Part shown: positions 1-12,552 of the stretch, piece by piece
Layout of the letters: every line of letters starts with the position of its first letter
How positions within the stretch are numbered: the stretch's first letter is position 1
Assembly: GCA_031835245.2 (NCBI GenBank)
Contig: JAVKOQ020000078.1
Span: forward strand, 178,354 to 198,353
Source: Balamuthia mandrillaris
Taxonomy: Eukaryota
Reading direction: 5' to 3'
Length of the DNA stretch: 20,000 nucleotides
Notes under the pieces: generated by a model
The model's input: only the letters and a program-made list of their open reading frames with translations
Database searches by the model: none
Told to the model about the DNA's origin: nothing
Program-made: the position numbers and the translations under genes

Positions 1-1499
1 CCTTCAGACTTGCGTAATAACTCCGCAACAACAGCTTCATCCTCGACAGGATTGAAAGAGCAGGTGGAATATATCTTGTGGTCGATCAGTTACCAATCTA
101 TCCGGACATTGCACATGATGATACGAACCATTCTGCCCCCCACTTTCAAGAGCTCAGCACCACGGGTTGCTATTTTCAATTGCAGTGGGTGGAGGTTTGA
201 ACCAGCATGAGCATTCCACCTCGCAGTGTTACGAGCGCTGGCCTTGCGATGCATTCCATCACCGCTGCAAGGCACATCGCACATGATCCTGTCAAAAAAT
301 ACAGGTCCAGCCTGTTCTTGTTCGTTCGAGGAGGCCATCAACAACGGGAAGTTCTGGCCTTGGTAATTGGTTGTGATTGCACAACCTTGGTCCAAACGCT
401 TAACCTTTTACAAAGGATTTGTGAGTACAATTTGGATTCATGCTTTCACACAAAGGAGACAAGAGGGGGAAATGTTCCAACCTGATTAACCAACATATAT
501 GCTCGCTTGAGGTCCGCATCGTTGGCTACCACAAGCCCATCTACAATACCAAATTCATAAAAACGAAAACAATCCAGAGAGAGAGAGAGAGTACAAACGA
601 CAAATACCAACCATTGCTGTCATTGCGCGTAACAAGCTCGAGAATCTGCTTGGTTTTGGAGCCAGGGGATGCACACATATCCAGAACAGATGCGTTTTCT
701 TTGACGTCCAACAACAGAGTGGGAATCATACTGACTGCTTCCTGCCAAGAAATGTTTCCTTGCTCGCTTTGGTTCCGCAGGAATTGATGCATTTCCTTGA
801 AGGAAGACCTCTTTAACTGGCGCTGTGAAGCATTGATGTACCACGCATTCTCTCCTGGATACCTTTTCAAAATACAATCACGCTCTCAGTCTCAGTCTCT
901 CTGTCTCTGTCTGTCTCTCTCTCTCTCTTCTCTCTCTCTATCTCTCATCTCAGCTCGTTACAGCAAACGCCTGACTTCTCTCCTCTCTTCGTGGGAGAAC
1001 ATAAATACGAACCAAGGAAGTGGGTGCAAGATGACCTTTTTAGGCTCTGCGTGCTCATCCTCTTGCACAAGGTGCTCTTCAGTGGCCGCCACAGCGCGTA
1101 GCCGCTCTCTGATGACACCGGCAAACTCTGGGTTGTTGGCATTTATGCGAAACGTGGTGGGCAAGTCCGTAGAAAGCGCGGCAAAGAATTGCTCCCACTC
1201 CGCCTCAGTAGAGAAAAAGCTCTGTCCTCTGCAATAGTCTTCAAAGATTTGGCTGTATTTCTTCTCACTGGCAGAGCCGGACTCTTCTTGAATGGTCTCT
1301 TTGAGTTGCTTTTGTGTCAGTGAAACTGAGCAAGAGAAAAAAAAAAAAAGATAAAAAGTGTAGTGTGATGAAAACCTTCTTCCTCCTCGTTCGCAGGCTT
1401 GTGTCGTTTCATTTCCGTTGGATCGGCTGGGTCTTTGCCAGCAGCAACTTCTCCCAACGGCCCCCCTTCCTCCTCCGTTGCCACTTTCTTTCGTCTCAT
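1..1499 (-). CDS. NSUN2: NSUN2/Trm4-like tRNA (cytosine-5)-methyltransferase, multi-exon, 3' end beyond the left edge of the window
   Basis: Minus-strand exon fragments carry RsmB/NOL1/NSUN motifs: LPTTFRIN (~1140-1165), GNISWQEAVSMIPTLLLDV and VLDMCASPGSKT (541-870 ORF), FDRIMCDVPCSGDG (90-395 ORF), and YSTCSFNPVEDEAVVAE (~25-75). These contain both catalytic-motif cysteines. ATG at 1499 is a tentative start. Introns contain (TC)n runs. Confidence 0.9.
884..950 (+). repeat. (TC)n/(TCTCTG)n intronic microsatellite; similar runs at ~577-591 and 1862-1890
   Basis: Directly visible CT-rich simple repeats in inferred introns. Confidence 0.85.
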
Positions 1500-1765
1500 T
1501 TTGTTTTCTTTTACAGTGTTCTTTTTATGTCGACAACAAAGAAGTCAGACTGTATTGCAAGAAAACAAACACGCGTAGTGAAAAACGCACACTGTGGGGG
1601 CAGCTCTGCCAATAAGGGGAAAAAGAACGAAACGAAAGAAGGACTCTTAGTCAGGTCGTTTGCGTTGGTGGTGTACTGTATTACGTCAAACGCGTAGCAC
1701 CCGCTGACTGTAATCCTGCTTGGTTGCCCTGCACTGTTCAGCTGTAAATATTTGGACCCCGGAGG
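1500..1765. promoter_or_regulatory. Putative bidirectional promoter between divergent NSUN2-like and villidin-like genes
   Basis: Only ~266 bp separate the two inferred start codons (1499 minus, 1766 plus). Inferred from gene arrangement, not from motifs. Confidence 0.5.
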
Positions 1766-1859
1766 ATGCTCGAAGTGGTCCGCAAAACAAAATTTAGAAA
1801 TGCTTACGCCTCCACTTGGAAGAAAGGACAAACCTACGACAACCTAAAGGTCCGACAAG

Positions 1860-1892
<33 letters not shown>

Positions 1893-4800
1893 AGTTATTC
1901 CTTGTTGTTTTCTTCTGAATTTTAAACCTTTTGTTAACATGTTGCGCATCAAACGTCGTTCAGGTAAGTCTAGCGGGTGGGGTGGAAACCAATCCCATTC
2001 GCTTGAGCCCAGAGTTCTTCGCTCTACCATGGGCCAAATCTGGCGGGTTAGGCTGCTTGTTCGTGCTACCCTTGGGTGAATTTGGACGGGTGGCCCCCAA
2101 TCCACCCCTCATAGAGGCTCACCCTTGCTCCATTACCGACTTTTGCTTCCATCCTTTCCAACCGGACCTCCTTCTCAGCGCCGCTGCCGACGCTTCGCTC
2201 AAACTATGGAAGATCCCTATGGGTGAAGGTCTTGCTGTTGGTGGCAGGAAGGAAGATTTGGAGGCAGGAGAGGAGTTGGATTGGGGTGTCACTAAGCCTA
2301 TGAACGTACCAAAGGTAGACCTTTCCGTGGTCTCTTCCGCTGCTCATAACAAGAAAAAGATCTCTCTCGTTGCATTCCATCCTTGGGCTGAGAACGTGCT
2401 CCTCACAGGAGGTGCTGATGGTCGCTTGCTTCTTTGGGTTTGCAACTTCATTACTTCCTTTCTGCTTCTGTTCCCTTTCTTCTTTTTTTTAGTCTTTTTT
2501 ATTGTTTGTATTTAGCTTTGCTCATTATTCTTTGATGGCTGTTATTCCCCAGGATCTGAGCAAGCAGAGCCCGACAGTTCATATCGACCTAGATGTAATG
2601 TATCTCCTCGTTTACTTGCTTTCTTGCTAAATGTGAACACTGTTCATGCAGGGACTAGGTCATAAGAACCTTGTGCAGTCCGTATCATGGAGCTTCGACG
2701 GCTCCATTATGGCCACTTCCAGCAAGGTCAGACACTAGCTTCCAAAACAAAACGAAAAATAGAGTGCGATCGGCAGAAGAGAGAAGAGCTAAAATAAAAG
2801 GGACGCAGGGAAGCAGAGAAGAGAGAGAAAGAAAGATAAGAGAAAGAGAAAGAGAAAGAGAAAGAGAAAGAGAAAGAGAAAGAGAAAGAGAAAGAGAAAG
2901 AGAAAGAGAAAGAGAAAGAGAAAGAGAAAGAGAAAGAGAAAGAGAAAGAGAGTGATGAGTGGTCTTCGTTGACTATTTGATCAACCGTTTCAATGAAATG
3001 CAGGACAAGCAACTTCGCATGGTAGATCCAAGAGGTAAGTTGGTGGTAGCCATCGTGGAGGCCCACCACAGTATTAAAGGGTTCAGAACAGCATGGCTTG
3101 GACACACGCCCTACATATCGAGCACAGGCTTTACCAAAGAGAATCACCGCGACCTTGCTATTTGGGATTCTCGTAACATGTCGCAAACCCTATCCCGGCA
3201 TGTTATCGATTCTGGGCATGGTACTGCTTATAACTCTCCTTTCTCGTATTCTCTTATAACAAGACTTTTCTCCTCCCTTATTCGATATTGTTTTAGGTTT
3301 TATGATGCCGTTCTACGACATGGATACCGGCATAATGTTCCTCGGAGGCAAAGGAGACAGCAACATTCGTTACTACGATATCACACCAGAAGAGACTACC
3401 TGCTGTCACCTTCTGGATAATTATCAGCCCACGGGTGCCACTCAGATTGGCCTCGCCATGTTTCCTAAGACCATGTGCGAGCCTACCAACTGCGAGTTTG
3501 CTCGCTTTCTCAAATTAAGACGAGATAAATTGGAGACAGTAAGCTTTATGGTTCCACGACAGGTACCAATTTGATAATTTTTGTTTGGAGAGTAGCTTTG
3601 ATGTATTCAACTTTCCTCGCTTCTCGCTTGATACCAGGGCAAAGGGAGCCAATTCTTCCAAGAAGATATCTTCCCAGAGACATTGTCAGGAGAGGCGGCA
3701 CTAACCGCTGAGCAGTGGTTCCAAGGACAGAAAGCGAAGCCCAAGTTCAAGCAGCTGAAGAAGGAAGGTCAAGTTTCCATTTATGACGTATCGAAAGCAG
3801 AAGGTGGTAAACGGCGACCTGGTGAAGAGTCTGAATCACCTTCTGAAGATAGTGACGAGGATGTATTCTATCATGAAGGTAATAGCGACCGAAAGGAAGG
3901 ATCTGAGGAAAAGGAAGACGCTGAATCCGAAGAGGAAAAGCAACACGACGAGCGCATCAACAAACATGAGCAAACATTGAGTTCCTCCGAGCCGCCTGCA
4001 ATAACATCCAGTGAAGGGCACAGCAATACACGCCCTCGAACTTCTTGGTTCTCACGAAATTCTTCCTCATCTACCTCACCTCTTGCTGGTTGTTCTCGCA
4101 ACACCCCTTCTGTAGGCGGGTTTCTCTCTCGACAAAGGCCCTCAATCAATGATACTAGCTCAGCAAGTCAGACTTGGCCTAAACAGGAGGTAACAAAAAC
4201 AAACGAAGGAATACAGGCCAGCAAGAAGAATACAAAGAAAGCTAAAAAGACTAAGAAGGAAGTAGCATTAGAGGGTTTTCTTTGGAAACAGAAACCAAGC
4301 AAGTTGCGAAAAGCATGGGATAGACGTTGGTTTGCTGTACGTGGTGACGTCCTCTACTACTTTCAGAACAGTACCACTTCTTCTTCTCTGGGTATGTTCC
4401 TATCTTAATCTTAATCTTTATCTGTTTCTTTCTTTTTCTTTTGCCTCTATCATTTGCCCATAAACAAGGAGCACGTACCTACAAATACCTACTTAAACAG
4501 GGAGCATACCTCTGCAGTCCATATTATCGGTCGAGGCTACCAAAGACAATTGCATATGGAACCTAGTTACACCCAAACGAGTTTACACGCTTCAAGCATC
4601 TTCAGAACAAGAATGTAAACGTTGGAGCGAAGGACTTGCGGAGCGTATCAAACGTATCAACGATAACGGTATGCTTTATTTAATGTTATTTATTTATTTA
4701 TTTTAAACTTATTTTTAATATGCTCCTTATTGCCGTTCAAAAAAATAAATAAATCAAGATGCCGTCCAGGAGAGCGAGATCGGTCATGCACTAAGAGAAG

Positions 4801-7800
4801 CGGCAACTTTTACAACCAACATAAGACCTGTGTCTATCAAAGTGGCGGTCAGACAACAGCAGATTCCCACTCCTATTTGTGGATATCTCTTGAAGAAGTC
4901 TCCTAACTCAGTACGTTATATATCTAAGAAAGTTCCCTTAATTTTTTTAAAAATACTAAAACATCTCTTGCAACTTCCTTTGCTACGTCGTTTAGGTTGG
5001 TGGATGGCAAAAACGTTGGTTTTGCATGCAGGAGGAAGGGGTATTATTTTACATGGAGTCCCAAGAGAGCACAGGTCAACCCCTCGGCAATATTCACATG
5101 GACAAGGTGCTCAGCATTCGCGATGCGAGCACCAAATTTGGTGGACACCGACGCCATTGCTGCTTTCAGATAGACACTGGAGAGAGAGTGTATTTCTTGC
5201 AAGCACCAAGCCGAGATGAACGGGACCGCTGGATACGAGAGCTCAACCTTCGGCTTCAACAACATAAGACCCCAACATCATTACCCTCTTCAACTACGAA
5301 TTCCATGAAACCCTCACCACTACCTTCTCTGGGTCCATCTCAAAGAAATTTGGTGTTTCAATCGCCATCAGCAGGAGCAAACAAGAACAATGCACTTGCA
5401 AGCTTGCAAGCAGAGGAGGACGAGGAAACATTACGACAGCTAATGGCCAAAGGACTTATCACTGCCGATGCTCTAGATGTGTATGAGGAAGAAGAGGAGC
5501 CTCACTTAGTCAACCACCAAGAAAGGACGGAGATGGAAGGTTACTTGATGAAGTCACGAGGAATGGGATATTTGTTCTCTGGCTGGAAACGAAGATGGTG
5601 CAAGTGCGCGGATGGAATGTTGGTTTACTTCGCATCAGAGGTGGCTGCCAAACCAAAGGGCACTATTTACTTGGAAAGCAGCACCGACATCCGGCCCTTG
5701 GCCCACAACAGCAAAACAAGCTCGTCTGGTGGTCATTTCTACGGGATGCTGTCCTCCAGGAAAGATAAGGAAATGCAAAATGCTTTTGAACTCACAGTAC
5801 CAGCCCTCGAGCGCACGTTTTTCTTTTTGGCCAAGGACACTGTTGAGAGAAACGAATGGCTCACCTTCCTCCGCGCCGAGAAGAGAAGAATGGCAGCAAG
5901 ACGAGCATTGGAAGCAGAGTCATGGGCACAATCAGAAAGCGAGGAGGAAGAAGAGGAAGAGAACGAGGAAGAGCTCGATGTAGAGCAGCAAGTTCAAGAG
6001 CTCGAAGAAGTGCTTAGCGGCATTGATAAAGATTTGCACGGCATGGACGGTGCAGTGGAAGCGTCAGCTGTGATGCAGCAGACAGCATCAACAAACCAAG
6101 ACGACGAAGGAGGTACTTGGGAGACCAAGTTTAGGATGCTGGAAGACAGAGATGCGGACCGCCAGTCGCTTAGTGTGAAAGCCGCCCAATTCTTGAAGCA
6201 GAGGTTAGAAGAACTGAAACGAATTCAAGAAACGGAAGAAGTCAATCAACAAAAAGAATGGTTGCAAGATGAGCAACAAGAAGGTGGGAGAAGAAGCGAT
6301 AATGCTGGTGATAAACAATCACCAAAGCGACCGCTAATGAAGCTTAACTGGATGCAAAGACTTAATGTACAGGAATTGTCTTTTATGGAAGTAGCTGGAT
6401 TAAGGCCCATACAGTTCATAGATTTGGTCTTGCTTCGAAAGGGCAAATCCAAGATGCTCATCCAGTGTTTTGGAAGAGCAAAAGATCTTCGTTGCCGTCA
6501 GGTTTATTTATCCTCTGGTGTTTTTGGTTTATTTATTTATTTATTTATTTATTTGTTTGTTTGTTTATTTTGTTTTTTGATTTTGTTTTTGTATTTTTTA
6601 AAAAAACACGCCGCTAACCCATATTTAAAACAAAGGTGGATGTAAAGCATCCCATCCTTAACCAAGGTCATGTTTATCTATTGGATTGTGGGACGGTGGT
6701 TTACCAATGGAATGGCTGCATGGCTAATCGCTTGGAAAAGGCCAAGGGCTTGGATATTGCCTCTCAAATACGTTTTAAAGAAAGGGGCGGTACTCCCAAG
6801 TTTGTAATAATAGGTTTGTTCTGGTTTCGGAGGTTTTTTGTTAACATAATCTAAATGGCTAACGTGCTCTTTGTGAATGTGCACAGATGACACAAAGGAA
6901 GACGAAAATGCGCCCGACTTTTGGAGAGCTCTTGGTGTGCAACCATCTGAAGCCATCTACAACCCGACTACTAACAAGGCTCACCCCTCGGTGAGCACTT
7001 ATGATGCAGTGAAGAGGAAAATGGTACAAAACGTGGATTTTTTGATCAACCTCTACCGGGTAAGAGATAGCAAAGTTGAAGAGAGGAAGATTCGGTTAGT
7101 ACACAAAAATTCCCGTCCTTCCAAAAAGAAGCTGGACTGTCGTTTTTGCTACGTGTTGGATTGCTTCAGTGAGTTGTTTGTGTGGATCGGCACTCAAAGT
7201 AAGTTGGCTTCCCGTCAGCTGGTGATGAAGGTTTGTTTACTTCTGTTCATATGTGTTTTATCTGTTCTAATTCTTTATCATCCTAAGGTTGCTCGTGCAC
7301 TTCTGCGACAGCCCATGCGAAAACACACCAGATCCATTCTCTGCTCCACTTCTAAGGATGCTGCCACAGCACTTTCTGTTGAGTTCAAAGCCTCTCAACA
7401 AGAGAAAGGTCTCTACCTCTTCACGATGGCTCTCTGTTTCTCTCTTTTCATCTGCTAACCAGAAACCAAAGACATAGAATGGGCAGAAAGACCAGCTTGG
7501 ACAGCCATAACAAAGATCATGGAACATGCAGAGACAACGCTCTTTTGGGAAAAGTTTTGTGACCACGTTGGAATGCTTCCGATTCAAACTACACAACAAA
7601 CGAAGGGCAGTGGCAGCTTCATTGCTAGAAGAAAAGAGCAGCCCATGATTGACATACACTATCTTCGCGAAAAGAACAAAGACTTGCGAGAAAATTGCGT
7701 CTACCACGAGCAAATGGAGTGTCGCTACAAGAATGGATTGTTGCGAACTGAGGAGATGGAGGAGTGGAAAGCCAAGCAGCTAGCAGATGCCCTCGAGAGA

Positions 7801-10032
7801 GAACGAAAGGAAAAAGGTGAAGGCAAGGTGCTGAAGCAAGTTGAAGGTGATGAGTGCATAGGTGAAGCAGAGAAGTATGAAGACATCCAAGAGCATGAAG
7901 GATCAGAGTTCGAGAGGAAAATGAAAGAGAAAAACAAAGAAAGATTAGCACAGCTGCTCAAAGTGAAGGAACAAGACTCATTGTCCAAACAAATCATCGT
8001 GTGGAAGATTGATGAGTTCACCAAACGGCCCCAGGAAGAACGTCTCTATGGCCAGTTCTGGTCAGCAGAGAACTACATACTGATGGACTGTTTTGTGGAT
8101 GTGTGGAAAGGCAAGGAAAGGAGGATTGTCTACTTTTGGCAGGGACGGGAGAGTGATGTTAGAGAAAAGGGCACGTCGGCTCTATTGACGGTGGAGTTGA
8201 TGGCAGAAATTGTGGCTGCTCAGAAGGAACAACAAAGAGCAAGAGTTGGAACTTCTTCCTTGCCGGACTTGTTGGAAACTGCTTTTGTTGATGTGGAGGA
8301 TGCAATCCAACTTCGTGTTGTGCAATACAAAGAGCCTGCTAGGTTCTGTTCCCTCTTCCCATTCCCACCAGTCCTCCACCAGGGCGACCTCTTGGATTCT
8401 ACAGATAACCCCGAAGCAAGACAACATAAGTTCCAATCAAGCAAACGTTTGCTGACCTCCATGAAAAACGAGTTTGGAACAACTAATGCGGAGAAACGAA
8501 TGAACATCAATTCTCTCTTCTTCTCCACGTTTGTCGGGGATTGCAAGTTGTCCATGTTTCAACTTCGAAAGAGCAACACTACCCAGAGAAGGATGATCGT
8601 GGAAGTTCCTGCACGAATTTCTTCCTTGGATTCTCGGTATGTCTTCATCTTATTGAAGCTACATAACAATTGCAGGACCCTTCCTGAGAACCTCCACATA
8701 CTCAATGCAAAGTACTTAAAGAAGAAGAAGAAGTTGCCTAAAGACATACTTTTGAGTGCAACTACTGGTGGCAACAGGAAAGAGGATCATCTACCTTCAC
8801 CACAACAAGCACAAGTAGAGAAGATGGGGACGGGCTATATTTGGGTGGGCAAAGGGGTTAACAACAAGTATTATGAAGAGCTGTGCCAGAAAGCAGCACA
8901 ACACATAATCATTGGCAATGCCAGGCCTGACATTGACACTTCTTCCATGCAGCCTGCACTCGCTGTCATTAATGAGGGCACAGAGCCTGAGGAGTTCTGG
9001 CAGTGGTTAGAGCTGAAGGAAAAGCTCATCAAACACAAGAGTGACAAGAAAATACTCGATGAAGAGAAAGAAGAAGAAAAGAAAAAGCTCAACGGGACAG
9101 AGAATGCATTTGACAAAGGCTCAGGAAAAATAAGGAAGAATCGAGAGGAGAAATTGGAAAAGAAGCAACAACGACGTAACTATTTCCAAGGTAGATCCTG
9201 GATAGAATGCACTGTCTCTCCACGGTTGTTTCAGTGCTCTGGTGCTACTGGCATTGTAGAGGTTCTTTGTTTTTATTTGCATTTTTTTTTTTTGCTAATA
9301 GCTAATATTTTTTTATTCCTTGTCTCACAAGGTTGAGGAAGTATTGGATTTTAGTCAAGATGACCTTGTAAGTTCTAGTGTGATGATATTGGATACACAT
9401 TTGTGTGTTTTTGTTTGGATTGGCACCCACTCACGAGAAATTGAAAAAAAGATTGCACTGGACACTGCTGTTGTATGCTATCAATTTTTTCTTTTGCTTT
9501 TCAAAAAAATTAGTTCTAATTTTTTTTCAGCAATTTGTTGAAAATGTTGAAGATGGCTGTTCAACAAATGCCCAAGTTTATATTGTTAGAGAGTATCATG
9601 AGCCTTTAGCATTCACCCACCATTTTCCAGGTTGGAGCCAGCTTACTTACCCATCATCCAAGGTATTCTTTTTTGAAAATTAGTATTGTAATGAACTTAA
9701 TTTAATATTTTGTTTATCAACTTTCAGCGCAATTTAGTTGTGTTGGAACCTGTGCCTGCTGTTGAAGTGCTTCAAGATTACTCTCGTAAAACATTCCTAT
9801 ATGAAGAATTATTATCTGACCCACTGCCTCCCAGTGTTGATCCATCACATCTTGAGGTTTATTTCTTCTTATCATTTGTTCTTAAGTTAATATGTTATTC
9901 ATTTTTTTTCAATAACAGAGGTATCTTAATGATGATGAGTTTGTAAGTATATTTAAACGAGATAGAGAAGATTTTTATAGATTACCAGAATGGAAACAAG
10001 TTGCTCTTAAACAGCGAGTGTATTTATTTTAA
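1766..10032 (+). CDS. vilA: Villidin-like actin-binding protein (class-4 coronin: coronin WD40 domain, three PH domains, gelsolin repeats, villin headpiece); multi-exon
   Basis: Exon 1 (1766-1849) reads MLEVVRKTKFRNAYASTWKKGQTYDNLK, a coronin N-terminus. GT-AG exons follow at ~1964-2437, 2553-2594, 2652-2726, 3004-3220, 3297-3562, 3638-4391, 4501-4668, 4759-4910 and 4996-6501, then further exons. Coronin motifs: HPCSITDFCFHPF, GKGDSNIRYY, SFMVPR..FQEDIFP. PH motifs: EGFLWKQ..WDRRWF, GYLLKK..WQKRWF, EGYLMK..WKRRW. Gelsolin motifs: VYLLDCGTVVYQWNG, YVLDCFSELFVWIG, VYFWQG, FSQDDL. Headpiece YLNDDEF..LPEWKQVALKQRVYLF ends at TAA 10030-10032. Confidence 0.88.
2839..2950 (+). repeat. (AGAGAA)n hexanucleotide microsatellite in an intron of the villidin-like gene
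   Basis: Roughly 18 perfect tandem copies inside intron 2727-3003. Confidence 0.95.
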
Positions 10033-10229
10033 AAAATTTTCCTCTATGTAAGACAAGAGCAAAAATTTTAAAAAAAGAGCTTTGCCAATGAGGGAATAGA
10101 ATTAAATAAAGTTGAAAGAAAAATATATCTTTTCTTCTTCCACTGTGTCCTTTATAAACAGGGACAAAGGTGGCCTCAATGCTCCTTGGCCTCATAGTGC
10201 CAAACCAAGGGTCACTTGCCTCCTTTAAA

Positions 10230-11520
10230 AAGAAGATGATGAACTGTCATTCATACACAGCTGGTTGATGTGTGCCTGTTTGTTAACATGGAGTTGCATA
10301 CTGTAAGAACAGAAAATGAGCCAGGTGTAACAAATATTGCTGGAAAAGACTATAGCTATAATTTTTAAGCCTTTGTTTGGTTGCATTATACACAAACAGC
10401 ATCTAGTGTAATGATGAATGCCTTTGTGAAAATCTTGTGTGATTTTTATTTGAGAAGATTGGGAAAACTATGTGTCAATGAAGATAATGAGCTCAAAAGT
10501 AGCAATGATATCTTATAAAAAGTTTGTTACATAAACTCCAAGAAGCTAATTATTAAAACCAAGTAAGTTAAAATACTTTCAAACTTGGAAACTAGGAAAC
10601 AAAATAGTTTTCATTACATATTCATTCTCATCATTTTTGGCTGAGATTATTACAGTACTTTCACAAAGTCGTGTCAAACTTGCCAAGTTAACTTTCCCTA
10701 ATGCAATTAATCTCAAAGTATAAAACAACATATCATCATGTTATCATCACTCTCTTTATTACTGAACTCTATCTATATTCATTAAAAAAAGTTTTATTTT
10801 ATATATAAAAATGCCTCTACATCCATAGCTTTATCATCAATTGCAACAACATTCTGTTAGTTAAGTATAATCACAGAAATAAACAAGTTGATAATAAGAA
10901 GTATACTGAAGAATAAATACAGAGAATGAAAGTGACTCTCAAAGGATGCTACAAAGTATGTTAAGAAAAAAAAAGTTTATCATTAATTCTTTTTAATCAA
11001 TACAAGCCCTTTACTGTTACAAAAGACCTAGTTGAGCCTGGTAAGAACAATATCTGTCATGACAAACTGAAAGTAGCAATTGGTGTAAGCCAAAACCAAA
11101 AGCCACAAAATTCAAGGTATCATCTGTACTGAAATGAGGTATAAAGCCTTCTAGATAAGTGTATATGTAGCCATGATGAAAGATGACTGAAGCTATGACT
11201 TAAGAGAAATATGAAAAAGCTGTTTGCTCAAAAAATACAACTTGTATGAATTTGCAAACAGCTTTTTCATGTTTCTCTTGTACTAAGAGGCAGAGGGAAG
11301 ATATTTATATGTACTACATTGATATAGTGTCTACTCTACAGATAAATAACTCTTGGATTACAGTGTAATGACTAAGGAAGATCTTTGTATTTCTTGAATG
11401 AAAGCAGTTCAACTTCAATATGATATATCTATTGATGAACAACAAACTGAGCCACTTTTGTATAAAAGAGACCTTCTTTTATTTTCATTTGATGATATGT
11501 AAAGATATAAGCATTACTAG
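10230..11520 (+). pseudogene. Possible decayed coding remnant (unidentified) in CpG-depleted DNA
   Basis: Protein-like plus-strand frames are interrupted by isolated TGA/TAA codons, e.g. ...FNQYKPFTVTKDLVEPGKNNICHDKLKVAIGVSQNQKPQNSRYHLY*NEV*SLLDKC... from ~10985. Only one CpG was seen by eye (10670) in ~1.3 kb. Confidence 0.3.
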
Positions 11521-12016
11521 TGTTATACCACTCTCCTATAATACTTATCCCTATCTCTCTTTGTAATGGACACCAACTTGATGGGTGTAAGAAAAAAGAC
11601 CTTTAATAGAATGAAAAGAAGAAATATATACCAGGAAAGATAAGAATAAGTATTATAGGAAAGTGGTATAATGATATTGAAGAAAAATAAATTAGTATGT
11701 TGTATGTATATACAAAGAATACTTATTAACAAATAGAAAAAGGGAGTTTTAAAAAAACCATCTTTAACCAAATATAAACAAATTCCATGAAAACAAAGAT
11801 ATAAAACAAAATATATAGTGTATAAAACAAATAATATTATTAACAAACAAGAAAATGACGAGGAAAAATATAACAAGTACACAATAACAAAAGAGTAATA
11901 AACAACCCAACGGATACCAACTCGTTGTGTGCAGGGAAAAGACCTTTAATAGAATGAAAGAAAGAAATATATATGAGAAGAGATAAGGATAGGTATTATG
12001 GGAGAGTAGTATAACA
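11521..12016. mobile_element. Non-autonomous AT-rich element with ~40-bp terminal inverted repeats (TGTTATAC...GTATAACA), MITE-like
   Basis: 11521-11561 TGTTATACCACTCTCCTATAATACTTATCCCTATCTCTCTT is an imperfect inverted copy of 11978-12016 AAGAGATAAGGATAGGTATTATGGGAGAGTAGTATAACA. An internal copy lies at ~11636-11672. A ~105-bp direct repeat spans 11568-11673 vs 11912-12016. No clear TSD. Confidence 0.55.
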
Positions 12017-12390
12017 AAAGGAAGATGTCCAAAAATAAGGGAAAAAAAGAAAAAAATTGATATTGAAAAAAAAACACATAACATGTTCTAAACAAAAAGG
12101 GCACCTCTTTTTTGGAAATTATTTTTTCTCCAATCAAAATATTCAATTAACAAAAAAATATTTAAAATAAATAATACTATTTTAAAACAAAATCTCATTA
12201 TTTAAAGAATACAACTTTAAATATTTGCTTACAACTTTACTTTTAATTGTGTTATACCACTTATGCAACTACTAAACAAATTGAAATAACTAATAAAACA
12301 AAAAATGAATTCAAAAAAAACAATAGAAGCATGTATTTAAAATGACTATCATAATAAGACCGATAAGGAAACAACCTAATTGATACCAAC

Positions 12391-12552
12391 TTGAAGAAAA
12401 ACGAAAAAATGGAGAAGAGAAAATGATTTGAAGAAGTATGCATACATGTGCAGATTGAAGAAAAACAAAAAGATGACAGAGAGAAAATGATTTATAGGAA
12501 GTGCGCACACATGCATAGATTGAAGAAAAACGAAAGTGCACACATATAGCTT
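12391..12552 (+). repeat. Degenerate ~64-bp tandem repeat (about 2.5 copies)
   Basis: TTGAAGAAAAAC starts at 12391, 12455 and 12520. The first two copies share GAGAAAATGATTT...GAAGT..GCA.ACATG..AGA. Confidence 0.75.

Noticed and set aside
2671..3186. ORFs encoding RE- or SF-repeat proteins
   Set aside because: Artefacts of the intronic (AGAGAA)n microsatellite.
12391..12552. CRISPR-like array
   Set aside because: Whole units are similar (no unique spacers), there are only ~2.5 copies, the context is eukaryotic, and there are no cas genes.
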